Shown here piece by piece: positions 10,380 to 21,132 of a stretch of DNA of 64,000 nucleotides (its first letter is position 1; every line of letters starts with the position of its first letter). Made by a program: the position numbers and the translations under genes. The stretch lies in contig CAVTJJ010000004.1 of the NCBI GenBank assembly GCA_963735035.1, positions 832,001 to 896,000 on the forward strand, read 5' to 3'. The notes beneath the pieces were generated by a model. The model had not been told where the DNA came from. It made no database searches and saw nothing but the letters and a program-made list of their open reading frames with translations. Source of the DNA: an uncultured candidate division Zixibacteria bacterium. Lineage in GTDB: Bacteria; Zixibacteria; MSB-5A5; GN15; FEB-12.

Positions 10380-11024
10380 ATGCGCCGTTCGGCTATCGCG
10401 CTCGTCTGGTTCGCCCTGCTGGTGTGTCTGGTTTCGTGCGTCAAGCGGAGGGAAACGAGACCGTCACAGGCCCATCTCGAACGCCTGGTGGCCTGGATGG
10501 CCGGTTCGTTTACGTCGCAAGAGCAGTCGATAGTTGACTCGGATTTTCTGGATGTCCGACTGCAGATGGTGCAAATCTGGCCGGATCGGATCGATGGACG
10601 CTGGTTGTATGTCGAGCAGGCGGCGGCTCTGACACTGGATAAACCGTATCGGCAGCGAGTCTACCGCCTATTTCGACGCAACGATACCACCCTGGTCAGC
10701 GCGGTATACGAATTCAAGGATCCGCTGAGACTGGCCGGTGCCTGGCGTATTCCGACGTCCTTTGACGCCATGTCTCCTGATTCACTCACGGCGCTTCCCG
10801 GCTGCGCCCTGATCCTGCATCCACGCGGCGACACCGCTTTTGTCGGAAGTACGGTCGACCGCCAATGCGCCAGCGACCATCCCGGCACCATGTACGCTAC
10901 TACTGAAGTCAGGATTACGGAGCTCGGGTTTTATTCCTGGGATCGGGGTTGGGACAAAGATGGGGTCCAGGTCTGGGGGACCGTCAAAGGGGGGTACATG
11001 TTCAAGAGAATCCGGGAGCCTTAG
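10380..11024 (+). CDS. CpcT/CpeT-family bilin-lyase-like lipoprotein
   Basis: WLYVEQA, PYRQRVY, SWDRGWD..G.QVWG..KGGY.F motifs; lipobox LVSC. Confidence 0.85.
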   Translation: MRRSAIALVWFALLVCLVSCVKRRETRPSQAHLERLVAWMAGSFTSQEQSIVDSDFLDVRLQMVQIWPDRIDGRWLYVEQAAALTLDKPYRQRVYRLFRRNDTTLVSAVYEFKDPLRLAGAWRIPTSFDAMSPDSLTALPGCALILHPRGDTAFVGSTVDRQCASDHPGTMYATTEVRITELGFYSWDRGWDKDGVQVWGTVKGGYMFKRIREP

Positions 11025-11130
11025 GATGGTCTAGTCCCAAGAAGGACAGTCGTTTAGGTCATCCGCTACAAAGCCTCGGAACTCTGATGGATGGCTCGCG
11101 TATAAATGTCTAACAATCTGGAGTGATATA

Positions 11131-11640
11131 TTGAAGCGAGTGGTCACAATCTTTGCGTTCATCGTATTTCTGATGAGTTCGACAGTTGGCGGTGTCCTGG
11201 TTGTTTTGTGCCCGCCTTCCGGTTGTGACGCTCAGGCTTCGAGTGAATGTGCGGCACAAGCTTCGACTGAATGCGCCTCGCAGGTTTCTACAGATTGCGG
11301 CACCCCGGCCCCTCAAGAATGCCGCCCCTGTTGCGGTGGAGAGTCCGCCTGTCCGGCGGAAGAACCTCCTTGTGAGACGATGCCGGATCAGACCCGAGTC
11401 ATCCTCATGCCTCTGCTCGCTATCAATTCGTGTAATGTGCAGCGCTGTGCTAACGCCTGTGGCAACGTCAGCCTGGGCGACTATCGGGAAGAACAGACAC
11501 CGCCTAATCCCGACCCCGGCTTGATCGCTGCAGTTGCGCCGAGCAGTTTCATTTGTGAAATATCCCCTCCGACCGATATAGGGACCTCGCGTCCCCCTGG
11601 TGTACATCCCCATCTTCAGACTGTGGTTCTTCGACTCTAA
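11131..11640 (+). CDS. Cys-rich membrane-anchored protein, DUF2946/HYC_CC_PP-like
   Basis: N-terminal TM, Cys repeats including CC, C-terminal RPP...VLRL. Confidence 0.55.
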   Translation: MKRVVTIFAFIVFLMSSTVGGVLVVLCPPSGCDAQASSECAAQASTECASQVSTDCGTPAPQECRPCCGGESACPAEEPPCETMPDQTRVILMPLLAINSCNVQRCANACGNVSLGDYREEQTPPNPDPGLIAAVAPSSFICEISPPTDIGTSRPPGVHPHLQTVVLRL

Positions 11641-11728
11641 TTCTCAGCAAGGGCCATGAACTCGCGTGGCCACAAGCGAAGACAGCTATTACAGTCTATT
11701 AACTCTGAATATCAAAAGGAGTGTTCAC

Positions 11729-12079
11729 ATGAGAACACGTTCTGTTCTTCTGACATTGTCACTGGCTTTGGTTCTAGTTGCAGCCGGTGTGTATGGTTTG
11801 ATGGCCGGTGAAAAAGCGACCGTGCCGGCCGGCGGCCCGTGCTCAATGGGTGCGGATGGTCAGTGCACGTCGTGCCCGGGTGGCCATTGTGTCGGCCAGG
11901 CCAACTGCGCTTCGAAGGCCGATTGTGATCCGTCGCAGTGCATGCCCTGCCCGCCAGGGGCTGACTGCAAGCCTTGCCCGCCCGGCGCCCAGTGCAAACC
12001 GAGCGCGGCCTGCTCACCGGCCGACTGTGCCGGAGCCAGGGCCTGCGGCGCGGCTTCGTCCGGCTGCGGCTCGATCTAA
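11729..12079 (+). CDS. Small exported Cys-rich (15 Cys) metallothionein-like protein
   Basis: AAGGAG RBS, signal/TM, repeats CMPCPPGADCKPCPPGAQCKP. Confidence 0.7.
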   Translation: MRTRSVLLTLSLALVLVAAGVYGLMAGEKATVPAGGPCSMGADGQCTSCPGGHCVGQANCASKADCDPSQCMPCPPGADCKPCPPGAQCKPSAACSPADCAGARACGAASSGCGSI

Positions 12080-12126
12080 GGATCGTTGATTCGTTTGTGA
12101 CGTTGCGGCCGTGAGGTCGTAGCGCG

Positions 12127-12158
12127 AGGGCTGCCCCGCAAGGGGCAGCCCTTCTTGT
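12127..12158 (+). terminator. Intrinsic terminator
   Basis: agggctgcccc-gcaa-ggggcagccct followed by T-rich tail. Confidence 0.75.
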
Positions 12159-12205
12159 TAGGTTAGCCGGATTGACTTTCTGGTTAACCACTCTATATTC
12201 CCCCT

Positions 12206-13027
12206 ATGCTTCTCGCGGTCGACATCGGCAATACCAACACCGTCGTGGGCGTCTACGACCAGGCCGCCCTCAAAGGGTCGTTTCGGGTGGCGTCGCAACA
12301 TCACATGACCGCCGACGAAGCCGGGTTCTTCGTGACCGGGCTGCTTACTCGCATGAATGTCGAACCGAGCACCGTAGACAAAGTGATCATAGGTTCGGTC
12401 GTGCCCCAGTTGACGACTGTTTTCGAGACCACCGCCCGTAAGTATTTCGGCTGTGAACCGATCACGGTTACGGCCCGAACGAAATTACCGGTGCGCGTCG
12501 AAGTTGACCGCCCCGATGAAGTCGGCGCCGACCGGATCGCCAACGCCGCCGCCGGGTTCAACCGGTTCGGCGGGCCGGTGATCGTGGTCGATTTCGGCAC
12601 CGCCACCACTTTCGATGTGGTCAACAAAGAGGGCGCCTATGTTGGCGGTGTGATTATTCCGGGACCGGAGACGGCGATGGCCGATCTGGCGCGCCGGGCC
12701 GCCCGCCTGTTCGAAATCCGCATCGAACCGCCCGACCGGGTGGTGGGGAAGACCACCGCCGGGGCGCTTAAGTCGGGGATGTTTTTCGGGACCGTGGGGC
12801 AGGTGGATTACATCATCGAGCGAATTCTCGACGAGCAGGGGTGGTTGATCGGCAGGCCTCCGCGCCTGCCGGAAGATAAGACGGCAGGGGTGGAAGCCTG
12901 CCGATCAGTAGTGGTGGTCGCCACCGGCGGCCTGGCGAGCGGCCTCGAGAAACACTCCCGCTATATCAAACTGGTAGACCCCAATCTGACGCTGGACGGC
13001 CTGCGCTTGATTGCGGAGATGAACTAA
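12206..13027 (+). CDS. coaX: Type III pantothenate kinase
   Basis: LAVDIGNTN, VGADRIAN, VVDFGTATTFD, ATGG, LTLDGL. Confidence 0.96.
   Translation: MLLAVDIGNTNTVVGVYDQAALKGSFRVASQHHMTADEAGFFVTGLLTRMNVEPSTVDKVIIGSVVPQLTTVFETTARKYFGCEPITVTARTKLPVRVEVDRPDEVGADRIANAAAGFNRFGGPVIVVDFGTATTFDVVNKEGAYVGGVIIPGPETAMADLARRAARLFEIRIEPPDRVVGKTTAGALKSGMFFGTVGQVDYIIERILDEQGWLIGRPPRLPEDKTAGVEACRSVVVVATGGLASGLEKHSRYIKLVDPNLTLDGLRLIAEMN
12846..12907. repeat. REP doublet embedded in frame within coaX
   Basis: tgatcggcagg...cctgccgatca, closely similar to intergenic 2917-2977. Confidence 0.85.
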
Positions 13028-13110
13028 GGGTTTCTCAAATCGGAACCCCTCTGTCCCTGGCGCATAGCGTTTTTGCGAGGCCCGAATTGGCAGGATGTGA
13101 GCTGCCTGAA

Positions 13111-15528
13111 TCAAGAGACTTTCGAATCGCTGGAAGCGGGTCTATTTTGAGACCGCCGTCTCCTCTTCTTTTCGAAGTAGTTATTCCAAGTCTGGTGCCA
13201 GGAGGGAATCCCCAAATGGATCCGCTGCGAAGCGTCACATAGTTCCAGTAGCTCATGCCGACCTGCAAACTCACTCGTCTGCGGGCTCTGCTGCCAAACC
13301 TGTGTCAAACTCCATCTGCTTAGAAGTTCACTTGAGGTCAGAATCAGAACTGGGTTAATAGGACGGTCGTCCTTCCAGTATCTATGCCCAGACAAAGCGA
13401 GCGGTGCTATTAGCCTTTTCTCTTTGGAATCAAGCTTGTCCTTCAGTGTACAAAACGCTATCACGGCACCTGGAAAGGCCCTCGCCAAGGACCTCATTCT
13501 TGTGACGTCTGACCTTTCGAACGAGTTGTAACTCTTACATTCGCCAAATAGAACACCATCCAGGGTCTTTCCATAGGTGGATTGCCTCCACAGTGCGCCA
13601 AAATCTGCCTCCAGTATGGCCCCAGAGTTGTGGCGCATGTTAAAGCTAAGGACCGGGGTGGTTTCAAGTCCAATAACCTGATGCTGCAGTACTTTTACGG
13701 CAAAAAGGGTGGTGAAGCCACCCTCCGCATGTTTGGGAACACTGATCGGACCGATTGTCCTATACCACCATTTGCTTTGGTCTATCTGGCCGACTGCCCC
13801 AAACTCATTTAGGCAGAGTGGACATGTAAGCGTTTCGCTCACAGCCTCGAGACTGTACCAAGAATATCTTTGACAACGCGGGCATTTGACCTTCGGTCCG
13901 ATCCTGAACACTCCCTTGGATACCAAATGCCCGTGCAAATCGGCGTACTCAGAAAGACCACTCAAACGTTTCTTGACCTCGCCCACCTTCTTTTCTTTTT
14001 CTTTCTCAGTTCCGCCAGCCATCTCTTCAAATATGGATAGAACTGTCTTGTCTGCCACGGCTTGGATTTCCCCACCGAGTTGTGAATAGAGTTGTTTGGC
14101 CACGGCCCCTGCGACTGACACTTCAGCCTCCCATCCCAAGTCCTTCAACCACGCAGAGAAAACGCTTTGAGCTGTAGGAACATCCCAGTATTGAGAATAG
14201 AAATGATCTTGGAGTGCTACTAACCCGTTTCTGCCAATTCTGCAGTCTGCTCCATAAGAAATCATGCTTGATGCAGCCCGCTTGACGTTGGGTCCGCCCC
14301 CTGTTGGTAACACTTGGGCGCGATATTCTATTGGGTCGTAGAAGCGAAATGTGATTTCGTTGGCACAACGAGGCTTGCCGTACCCCAAACCCGCGTTGAC
14401 AAGATCGGGTTTCATGCAGGAAAAGACAATACGTCGTCCAACTTCATTGAAGTCAATTGCCGTATCATCGTGTTGCAGGTCGCTGCAATCTGCGCCATCA
14501 CTGTATCGACCCGACTCTTCCCACATTCTCGGATACCAGTGCTGAACTGAGAATGCGAAGTGCTTCTTACTGGGGCCTTGCTTCACCTGTACCCGCTTGC
14601 CGATATGCTTGGTCACTTCCTGAAGTTCGTCAAAATCCGTGTTGTGCGAGCAAATGAATGATGAGGAGTGATATATGTCCTTATTGTGTCGCATGGGCCT
14701 GAATGTTGACTCAATTGCGGTAACAGCCAGGTCGCAAAATGACGGTTCTGTAGCAAGCTGCTTGGGAAGAGGTAGTACCTGTCTTCCGGCCGCTCGAAGG
14801 TTCCAGAAGTCGATTATGTCCATAACCGCCATTGGGTCCATATAGAAGATGTCGAAGTCACTGATAGGTGAAGATCTGGGGCGGCTTGTTATTGAATAGC
14901 TTGAAAGCCGTGTTGGATAAAGAACACCCTCTGACATGAGCTTTGATGCCGTGTTTGCATTGACGTCTGTTTGTCTCAGTTGCAGAGCTGTCGAATACCT
15001 CATTACCACAGAATCGTAAATTTGTGAGGGTAACGAACCAAACACACTTGACCAGAATAGGCCCAATCGACCTTCACACCTTGGCAGATCAATGATCGTA
15101 GGGAACCTCTCCACATATTGAAAGTGTTCGTCAAAGATGTGATCCAGAATTTCAAAGATCCCCGCGCCATATTGTGGTACACGCTCTGACGGATTACCCT
15201 CAAAGTATTTCCATATTTCCGAGGGGTCGATAATCTCTAGCCCTCGGGTGTTAAATGCTCTGGGCAGCTTTTTTCCGAAGCGAATAATGATATCGGGATC
15301 AAAGGTATCTAGGTAGCCGCCGACGATTTGCAGCCCGGTTGACCCAGTGACGCTCTTCTTCCTCCACTTCTTTGGAATTCGCCGATATAGCGGTATTATG
15401 GGGTTATATTTACCCCCCCAAAGACTTGAGTTCAACTCTACCGCAGACCTGAGAGCGTGTTTGTCTTCGGGATCGACTAGACATGCAAACCGCAATGGGC
15501 GGGTTCTTAACGACACATTTCCAAACAC
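13111..15528 (-). CDS. Hypothetical 805-aa protein with Zn ribbon and C-terminal PD-(D/E)xK-like motif
   Basis: CPRC-x17-CPLC; EADF...LFGECKS; visibly more AT-rich than neighbours. Confidence 0.7.
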   Translation of the reverse strand: MFGNVSLRTRPLRFACLVDPEDKHALRSAVELNSSLWGGKYNPIIPLYRRIPKKWRKKSVTGSTGLQIVGGYLDTFDPDIIIRFGKKLPRAFNTRGLEIIDPSEIWKYFEGNPSERVPQYGAGIFEILDHIFDEHFQYVERFPTIIDLPRCEGRLGLFWSSVFGSLPSQIYDSVVMRYSTALQLRQTDVNANTASKLMSEGVLYPTRLSSYSITSRPRSSPISDFDIFYMDPMAVMDIIDFWNLRAAGRQVLPLPKQLATEPSFCDLAVTAIESTFRPMRHNKDIYHSSSFICSHNTDFDELQEVTKHIGKRVQVKQGPSKKHFAFSVQHWYPRMWEESGRYSDGADCSDLQHDDTAIDFNEVGRRIVFSCMKPDLVNAGLGYGKPRCANEITFRFYDPIEYRAQVLPTGGGPNVKRAASSMISYGADCRIGRNGLVALQDHFYSQYWDVPTAQSVFSAWLKDLGWEAEVSVAGAVAKQLYSQLGGEIQAVADKTVLSIFEEMAGGTEKEKEKKVGEVKKRLSGLSEYADLHGHLVSKGVFRIGPKVKCPRCQRYSWYSLEAVSETLTCPLCLNEFGAVGQIDQSKWWYRTIGPISVPKHAEGGFTTLFAVKVLQHQVIGLETTPVLSFNMRHNSGAILEADFGALWRQSTYGKTLDGVLFGECKSYNSFERSDVTRMRSLARAFPGAVIAFCTLKDKLDSKEKRLIAPLALSGHRYWKDDRPINPVLILTSSELLSRWSLTQVWQQSPQTSEFAGRHELLELCDASQRIHLGIPSWHQTWNNYFEKKRRRRSQNRPASSDSKVS

Positions 15529-15804
15529 GATTCAGACGCTCTCATTTTTTGTCGCATGAGTCAAGAGTTCCTTGGGGCAACCCTCGTAAATCAACCTGAT
15601 AGCTGGGAAGCTACATACACCTTCCGCGAATAGCAATTCTAACTCGCTCAGTTCTGTCTTTGTCGGGGAGGTATAGAGTTCGTGTCGTAGTGACACCAGG
15701 CACCGCATGTATCACGAAACAGTGTCTCAGAGACATTAATCTGCCATAATGGCAGTATCTGGCAGAATAATCACCAAATCAATGCCATTTTTCGACGGAA
15801 CCTC

Positions 15805-15832
15805 TTGACAAATTCCGAGTTAAACATACATT
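15805..15832 (+). promoter_or_regulatory. Sigma70-type promoter of groESL
   Basis: TTGACA-16 nt-TACATT just upstream of CIRCE. Confidence 0.65.
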
Positions 15833-15840
15833 GAACGCGC

Positions 15841-15867
15841 TTAGCACTCACTTGCTATGAGTGCTAA
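15841..15867. promoter_or_regulatory. CIRCE element (HrcA operator)
   Basis: Perfect TTAGCACTC-N9-GAGTGCTAA. Confidence 0.97.
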
Positions 15868-15915
15868 CAAGCGAATGTAAGCACTTAACCATAGGTTGTA
15901 TACAGGAGAAGAGCT

Positions 15916-16209
15916 ATGAAAATGAAACCACTTGCTGACCGTGTCGTGGTCAAGCCGCTGGAAGAAATGGAAGTCAAGAAGGGCGGCATCATCATCCCCG
16001 ACACCGCCAAGGAAAAGCCGATGCAGGGCGAAATCATCGAGGTCGGCCCGGGTCGGTTGACCGACGACGGCAAGACTATCGCCATGCAGGTCAAGAAGGG
16101 CGACCGCGTCCTTTACGGCAAATACACCGGCACCGAAGTTTCCATGGGTACCGAAGAGTATTTGATCATGCGCGAGTCCGACATCTTCGCAGTCATTATG
16201 AACAGCTAA
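15916..16209 (+). CDS. groES: Co-chaperonin GroES
   Basis: [22 protein letters not shown]. Confidence 0.98.
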   Translation: MKMKPLADRVVVKPLEEMEVKKGGIIIPDTAKEKPMQGEIIEVGPGRLTDDGKTIAMQVKKGDRVLYGKYTGTEVSMGTEEYLIMRESDIFAVIMNS

Positions 16210-17865
<1,656 letters not shown>

Positions 17866-17955
17866 ACGACGTTGGCGGGTTTGAAGCAGACCCGCCCTAC
17901 TATCGGATTTGAATTCTTGTAGGGCAGAACCCCTTGTGGTTCTGCCAAGACTGTG

Positions 17956-17990
17956 CCCGGCAGATGTCCACATCTGCCGGGTTTCTTTTT
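17956..17990 (+). terminator. REP-derived hairpin likely acting as groEL terminator
   Basis: cccggcagatg-tcca-catctgccggg + tttcttttt; same hairpin recurs near 61451. Confidence 0.7.
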
Positions 17991-18293
17991 GCGTGTGTGG
18001 GCCCTGGCGCGGAATCTCACCCGTTGGGCCTGTTGATCCCCCCGAATGTTGTTGCGTCAGGTCTTGCGTCGCCAAAGGCGGCGTGTGACCTGACGCGTTG
18101 CAGCGACTTAGGGAATCGATATCGTGCGTGGAATGATGCGAATTGAGCCAACACAGCTATTGTAGGTCGGGATGCTTGCCATCCCGACATACGATCCCAC
18201 CCGTTGGGTGGGGTACGGGTTGTTACGTGCGTGGTGGACGTCCTCGTCTACCACGTTCTCGTTAGCGTAAGTTCGACAACCCTTGGGTGCCCC

Positions 18294-19327
18294 CCTAAGT
18301 TCACAAACGAAGTGCAACACCTGTTAAAGGTGTTGTCATGGAACGAACATATGCACAGATCAGTCTTGAAGAGCGGTGTGAGATTGCCCGCTTATGTGGC
18401 TCGGGGCGCTCGATTCGGCAAATTGCGGCAGCTTTGGATCGCGCGCCATCGTCCATTGCTCGGGAGATAACGCGAAATCGCAGCCGACAAAGCGGTTACC
18501 TGCCCGCCTGTGCCAACGACCAGAGCCGTGCCCGGCGTTGGACCGGCTCCAAATTGGATCGCCGTCCAGAACTGCGCGACATGGTAGTGATGGGACTATC
18601 TAATGGTTTGTCTCCGGAGTTGGTCGCGGGAAGGCTGGCCGTGGAGATGGGCCGGAAGGTGATTTCCTACGAAACGATCTACCGGTTTATCTACGCGCAG
18701 ATCGCCCGTACTAAGGATTACACTTGGCGGTACTTACTGATCCGTGGCCGAGCCAGACGTAGCTGGCGAGGGTGCAAGAGAGGTCGGTCGACGTCGTCTA
18801 TAGCCCTGCGGGGCCCTATCTCCGCGCGGCCGAAGAGCGCCAAGAGCCGGAAAACACCAGGACACTGGGAAGGTGATCTCATGAACTTCCGAATACCCGA
18901 TCAGAGCGTCCTTGTCCTTCATGAGCGGCGCTCACGCCTGATGATGGGGGTTAAGCTGCCAGCCAAAGATGCCGCCTCGGTTGCTAAGGCCATGTGCACT
19001 CTCCTGGCACCCTTGCCGCACGCGTGGCGACAGACCATCACCTTCGATAACGGCCCCGAGTTCGGCCAACACTACCAACTCCATGACCACGGTATCGAGA
19101 CCTACTTCTGTAACACCTACTCACCCTGGCAGAAAGGTGGCGTTGAAAATGGAATCGGTCGCCTCCGACGAGTACTGCCTCGCCATACCGACCTGACCAA
19201 ACTCTCGCCGAGACGGTTCGCAGACTTCTTTCAAATCTACAATAACACGCCTCGAAAATGCCTGGACTTCCTCACTCCAGCCGAGTTCTTTTGGCTCGAA
19301 CTGTTGCACTTCAAATGTGAATCCAGC
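18294..19327 (+). mobile_element. IS30-family insertion sequence, copy 1
   Basis: ~26-bp imperfect IRs cctaagttcacaaacgaagtgcaaca / gctggattcacatttgaagtgcaaca; flanking CCC duplication. Confidence 0.88.
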
Positions 19328-19336
19328 CCCGCCTGA
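18338..19336 (+). CDS. IS30-family transposase
   Basis: N-terminal HTH, GHWEGD, TITFDNGPEF, PWQKGGVEN, NNTPRKCL. Confidence 0.95.
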   Translation: MERTYAQISLEERCEIARLCGSGRSIRQIAAALDRAPSSIAREITRNRSRQSGYLPACANDQSRARRWTGSKLDRRPELRDMVVMGLSNGLSPELVAGRLAVEMGRKVISYETIYRFIYAQIARTKDYTWRYLLIRGRARRSWRGCKRGRSTSSIALRGPISARPKSAKSRKTPGHWEGDLMNFRIPDQSVLVLHERRSRLMMGVKLPAKDAASVAKAMCTLLAPLPHAWRQTITFDNGPEFGQHYQLHDHGIETYFCNTYSPWQKGGVENGIGRLRRVLPRHTDLTKLSPRRFADFFQIYNNTPRKCLDFLTPAEFFWLELLHFKCESSPA

Positions 19337-19450
19337 AGCGGGGCAAGACAGGAAGTAGACGAAGGGTACGAACACGAGTCGGCAGATGTGGACCCCGGAT
19401 CAAGTCCGGGGCAGGCTTTGCCGGGCACGTTTATACAGGAAGAGACTGAT

Positions 19451-19831
19451 ATGACAAATGCACCTGAACATTCCACCGTAGCTGTCCTGGGGGCATCGCC
19501 GAAGGAAGACCGCTATTCATTCAAGGCGGTGCGCATGCTCAAAGAACATCACCACCGCCCGATCCCAGTCCATCCGGCCGGGCATACGGTCGATGGCATC
19601 CCCGGCTTGAAATCGCTCGAGGATATCCGGGTGCCCGTGCACACGGTCACCTGCTATGTCAACGCCGCGATATCAGACGGAGAGTTTGACCGGATCGTCG
19701 CGCTCAAGCCACAGCGGGTGATATTCAATCCCGGCGCCGAGAACGAGAATCTGGCGGTGCGTCTTGAAGCTACCGGAATCGAAGTGGTCCGGGCCTGTAC
19801 TCTGGTGATGTTGCGCACCGGGCAGTTCTGA
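19451..19831 (+). CDS. CoA-binding protein (YccU-like)
   Basis: VAVLGAS, RVIFNPGAEN, ACTLVML. Confidence 0.9.
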   Translation: MTNAPEHSTVAVLGASPKEDRYSFKAVRMLKEHHHRPIPVHPAGHTVDGIPGLKSLEDIRVPVHTVTCYVNAAISDGEFDRIVALKPQRVIFNPGAENENLAVRLEATGIEVVRACTLVMLRTGQF

Positions 19832-19877
19832 GGTGATCACTTTCTGGTGGCCCACCCGCTGCTATGTACTGTGTCAA

Positions 19878-20070
19878 GGGCTTTCTGTTCAGGCATAGGA
19901 CTCGAACCAGTCTGCTATTCGTGGTCGCTGACTGGCAGCGCCACAGGCAATGTATCCGCTCGTGACCTGGCGAGGCAGGCAGACTTGCGGACGTGGTCTC
20001 GGTTGGCCCGAGCCACAGCGGGTGGGTCGCTGTTCTCGCGTTAGCTTGGTACGGTTCCGACTCCTTGGTT
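19878..20070 (-). ncRNA. Putative bridge/seek guide RNA of the IS110 element (boundaries approximate)
   Basis: Two parallel 24-nt GTGG...CCAC stems flanked by segments matching the target (20017-26, 19984-90) and the donor junction (19912-18). Confidence 0.8.
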
Positions 20071-20073
20071 ATC

Positions 20074-21132
20074 TTAGGCGGCCGCACACGGCTCATAGGC
20101 AACGTTATCAAGCAGAACCCGCCTGACTGCCAAGACCAGTCGTCGAGCTACCGCCACTATGGCTCGTTTGCCGCCGGCACGTTGCTTGATCCGGTTATAG
20201 ACCAGTTGTAAGTGTGGGTCCTTCCGAACGGCAATCCAGGACGATTCCACTAACAAGCCCCGAAGATAGCTGTTGCCCGTGCCGGTAATCCGACCCATCC
20301 GGACATGATCACCGCTGGAATACTGCGAAGGTGTCAGTCCCACATAAGCCGCCAATTGCTCAGCCCGTCCAAAACGACCGACCTCATGCAATTCCAACAG
20401 CAGAGCCATCGCCGTAATAACCCCTATGCCGGGAACGCTACTTAACAGCCGAACTCGATCACGATACTGTGGCAGTCGTGACAACTCCCGCAACAGTCGT
20501 GTCTGCAACGCCAGCTGGTTACTTACCAGATCGTACATCTCCAACAACCGCTCGTAGCTCGCCTGAGCCCAGACATCTGCCAAACACACCTGTCTCAGAC
20601 GCTCTAATAACGGACCGGTCCACCGACCCGTCCCACTGCACACTGAAATACCATATAAGGCCAACTCCGATTTGATCCGACTCTGAAGACGTACCCGATC
20701 TTGAACCAATTGACGACGACGACGTAAGACCTCTCGGTGACCCCGCTGACTCTCATCCGGAACCCAGACCTTCTTCAACAACCCTAACGACAGCAACCAG
20801 GCCAGCTTCCGGCTATCCCGCTTGTCCGTCTTCACCCGATTACCGTAGGCCATCGGCACCAAGCTCGGCGGCGTTACTACGCACTGACCACCCCACGCTA
20901 CCACACAGTCGTGCAGCCAAAAACCAGAAAAACCCGCCTCGTAAACCACGGACACACACCCAGGATCATACCGATCCAGCAAACACCGCAAAGACGCCCA
21001 ATCCCCGTTAATGCTGCCACAGAACAGTTCCACTTCTAACGTCCTCACCGTGACAAACCACTGACGCTTGTGAACATCCACGCCAACAAAAACAGCACTT
21101 CCCACTTCCGCTCCAACTTCGTACCTTCTCAT
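20074..21132 (-). CDS. IS110-family recombinase/transposase
   Basis: DEDD: VGVDVHK, YEAG, KTDKRDS; C-terminal GLTPSQYSSG, AVARRL. Confidence 0.96.
   Translation of the reverse strand: MRRYEVGAEVGSAVFVGVDVHKRQWFVTVRTLEVELFCGSINGDWASLRCLLDRYDPGCVSVVYEAGFSGFWLHDCVVAWGGQCVVTPPSLVPMAYGNRVKTDKRDSRKLAWLLSLGLLKKVWVPDESQRGHREVLRRRRQLVQDRVRLQSRIKSELALYGISVCSGTGRWTGPLLERLRQVCLADVWAQASYERLLEMYDLVSNQLALQTRLLRELSRLPQYRDRVRLLSSVPGIGVITAMALLLELHEVGRFGRAEQLAAYVGLTPSQYSSGDHVRMGRITGTGNSYLRGLLVESSWIAVRKDPHLQLVYNRIKQRAGGKRAIVAVARRLVLAVRRVLLDNVAYEPCAAA

Noticed and set aside
19945..19954. Full left-donor guide in the IS110 RNA
   Set aside because: UACAUUGCCU matches the donor catagttaCT essentially only at the core, so it is not claimed as a guide match
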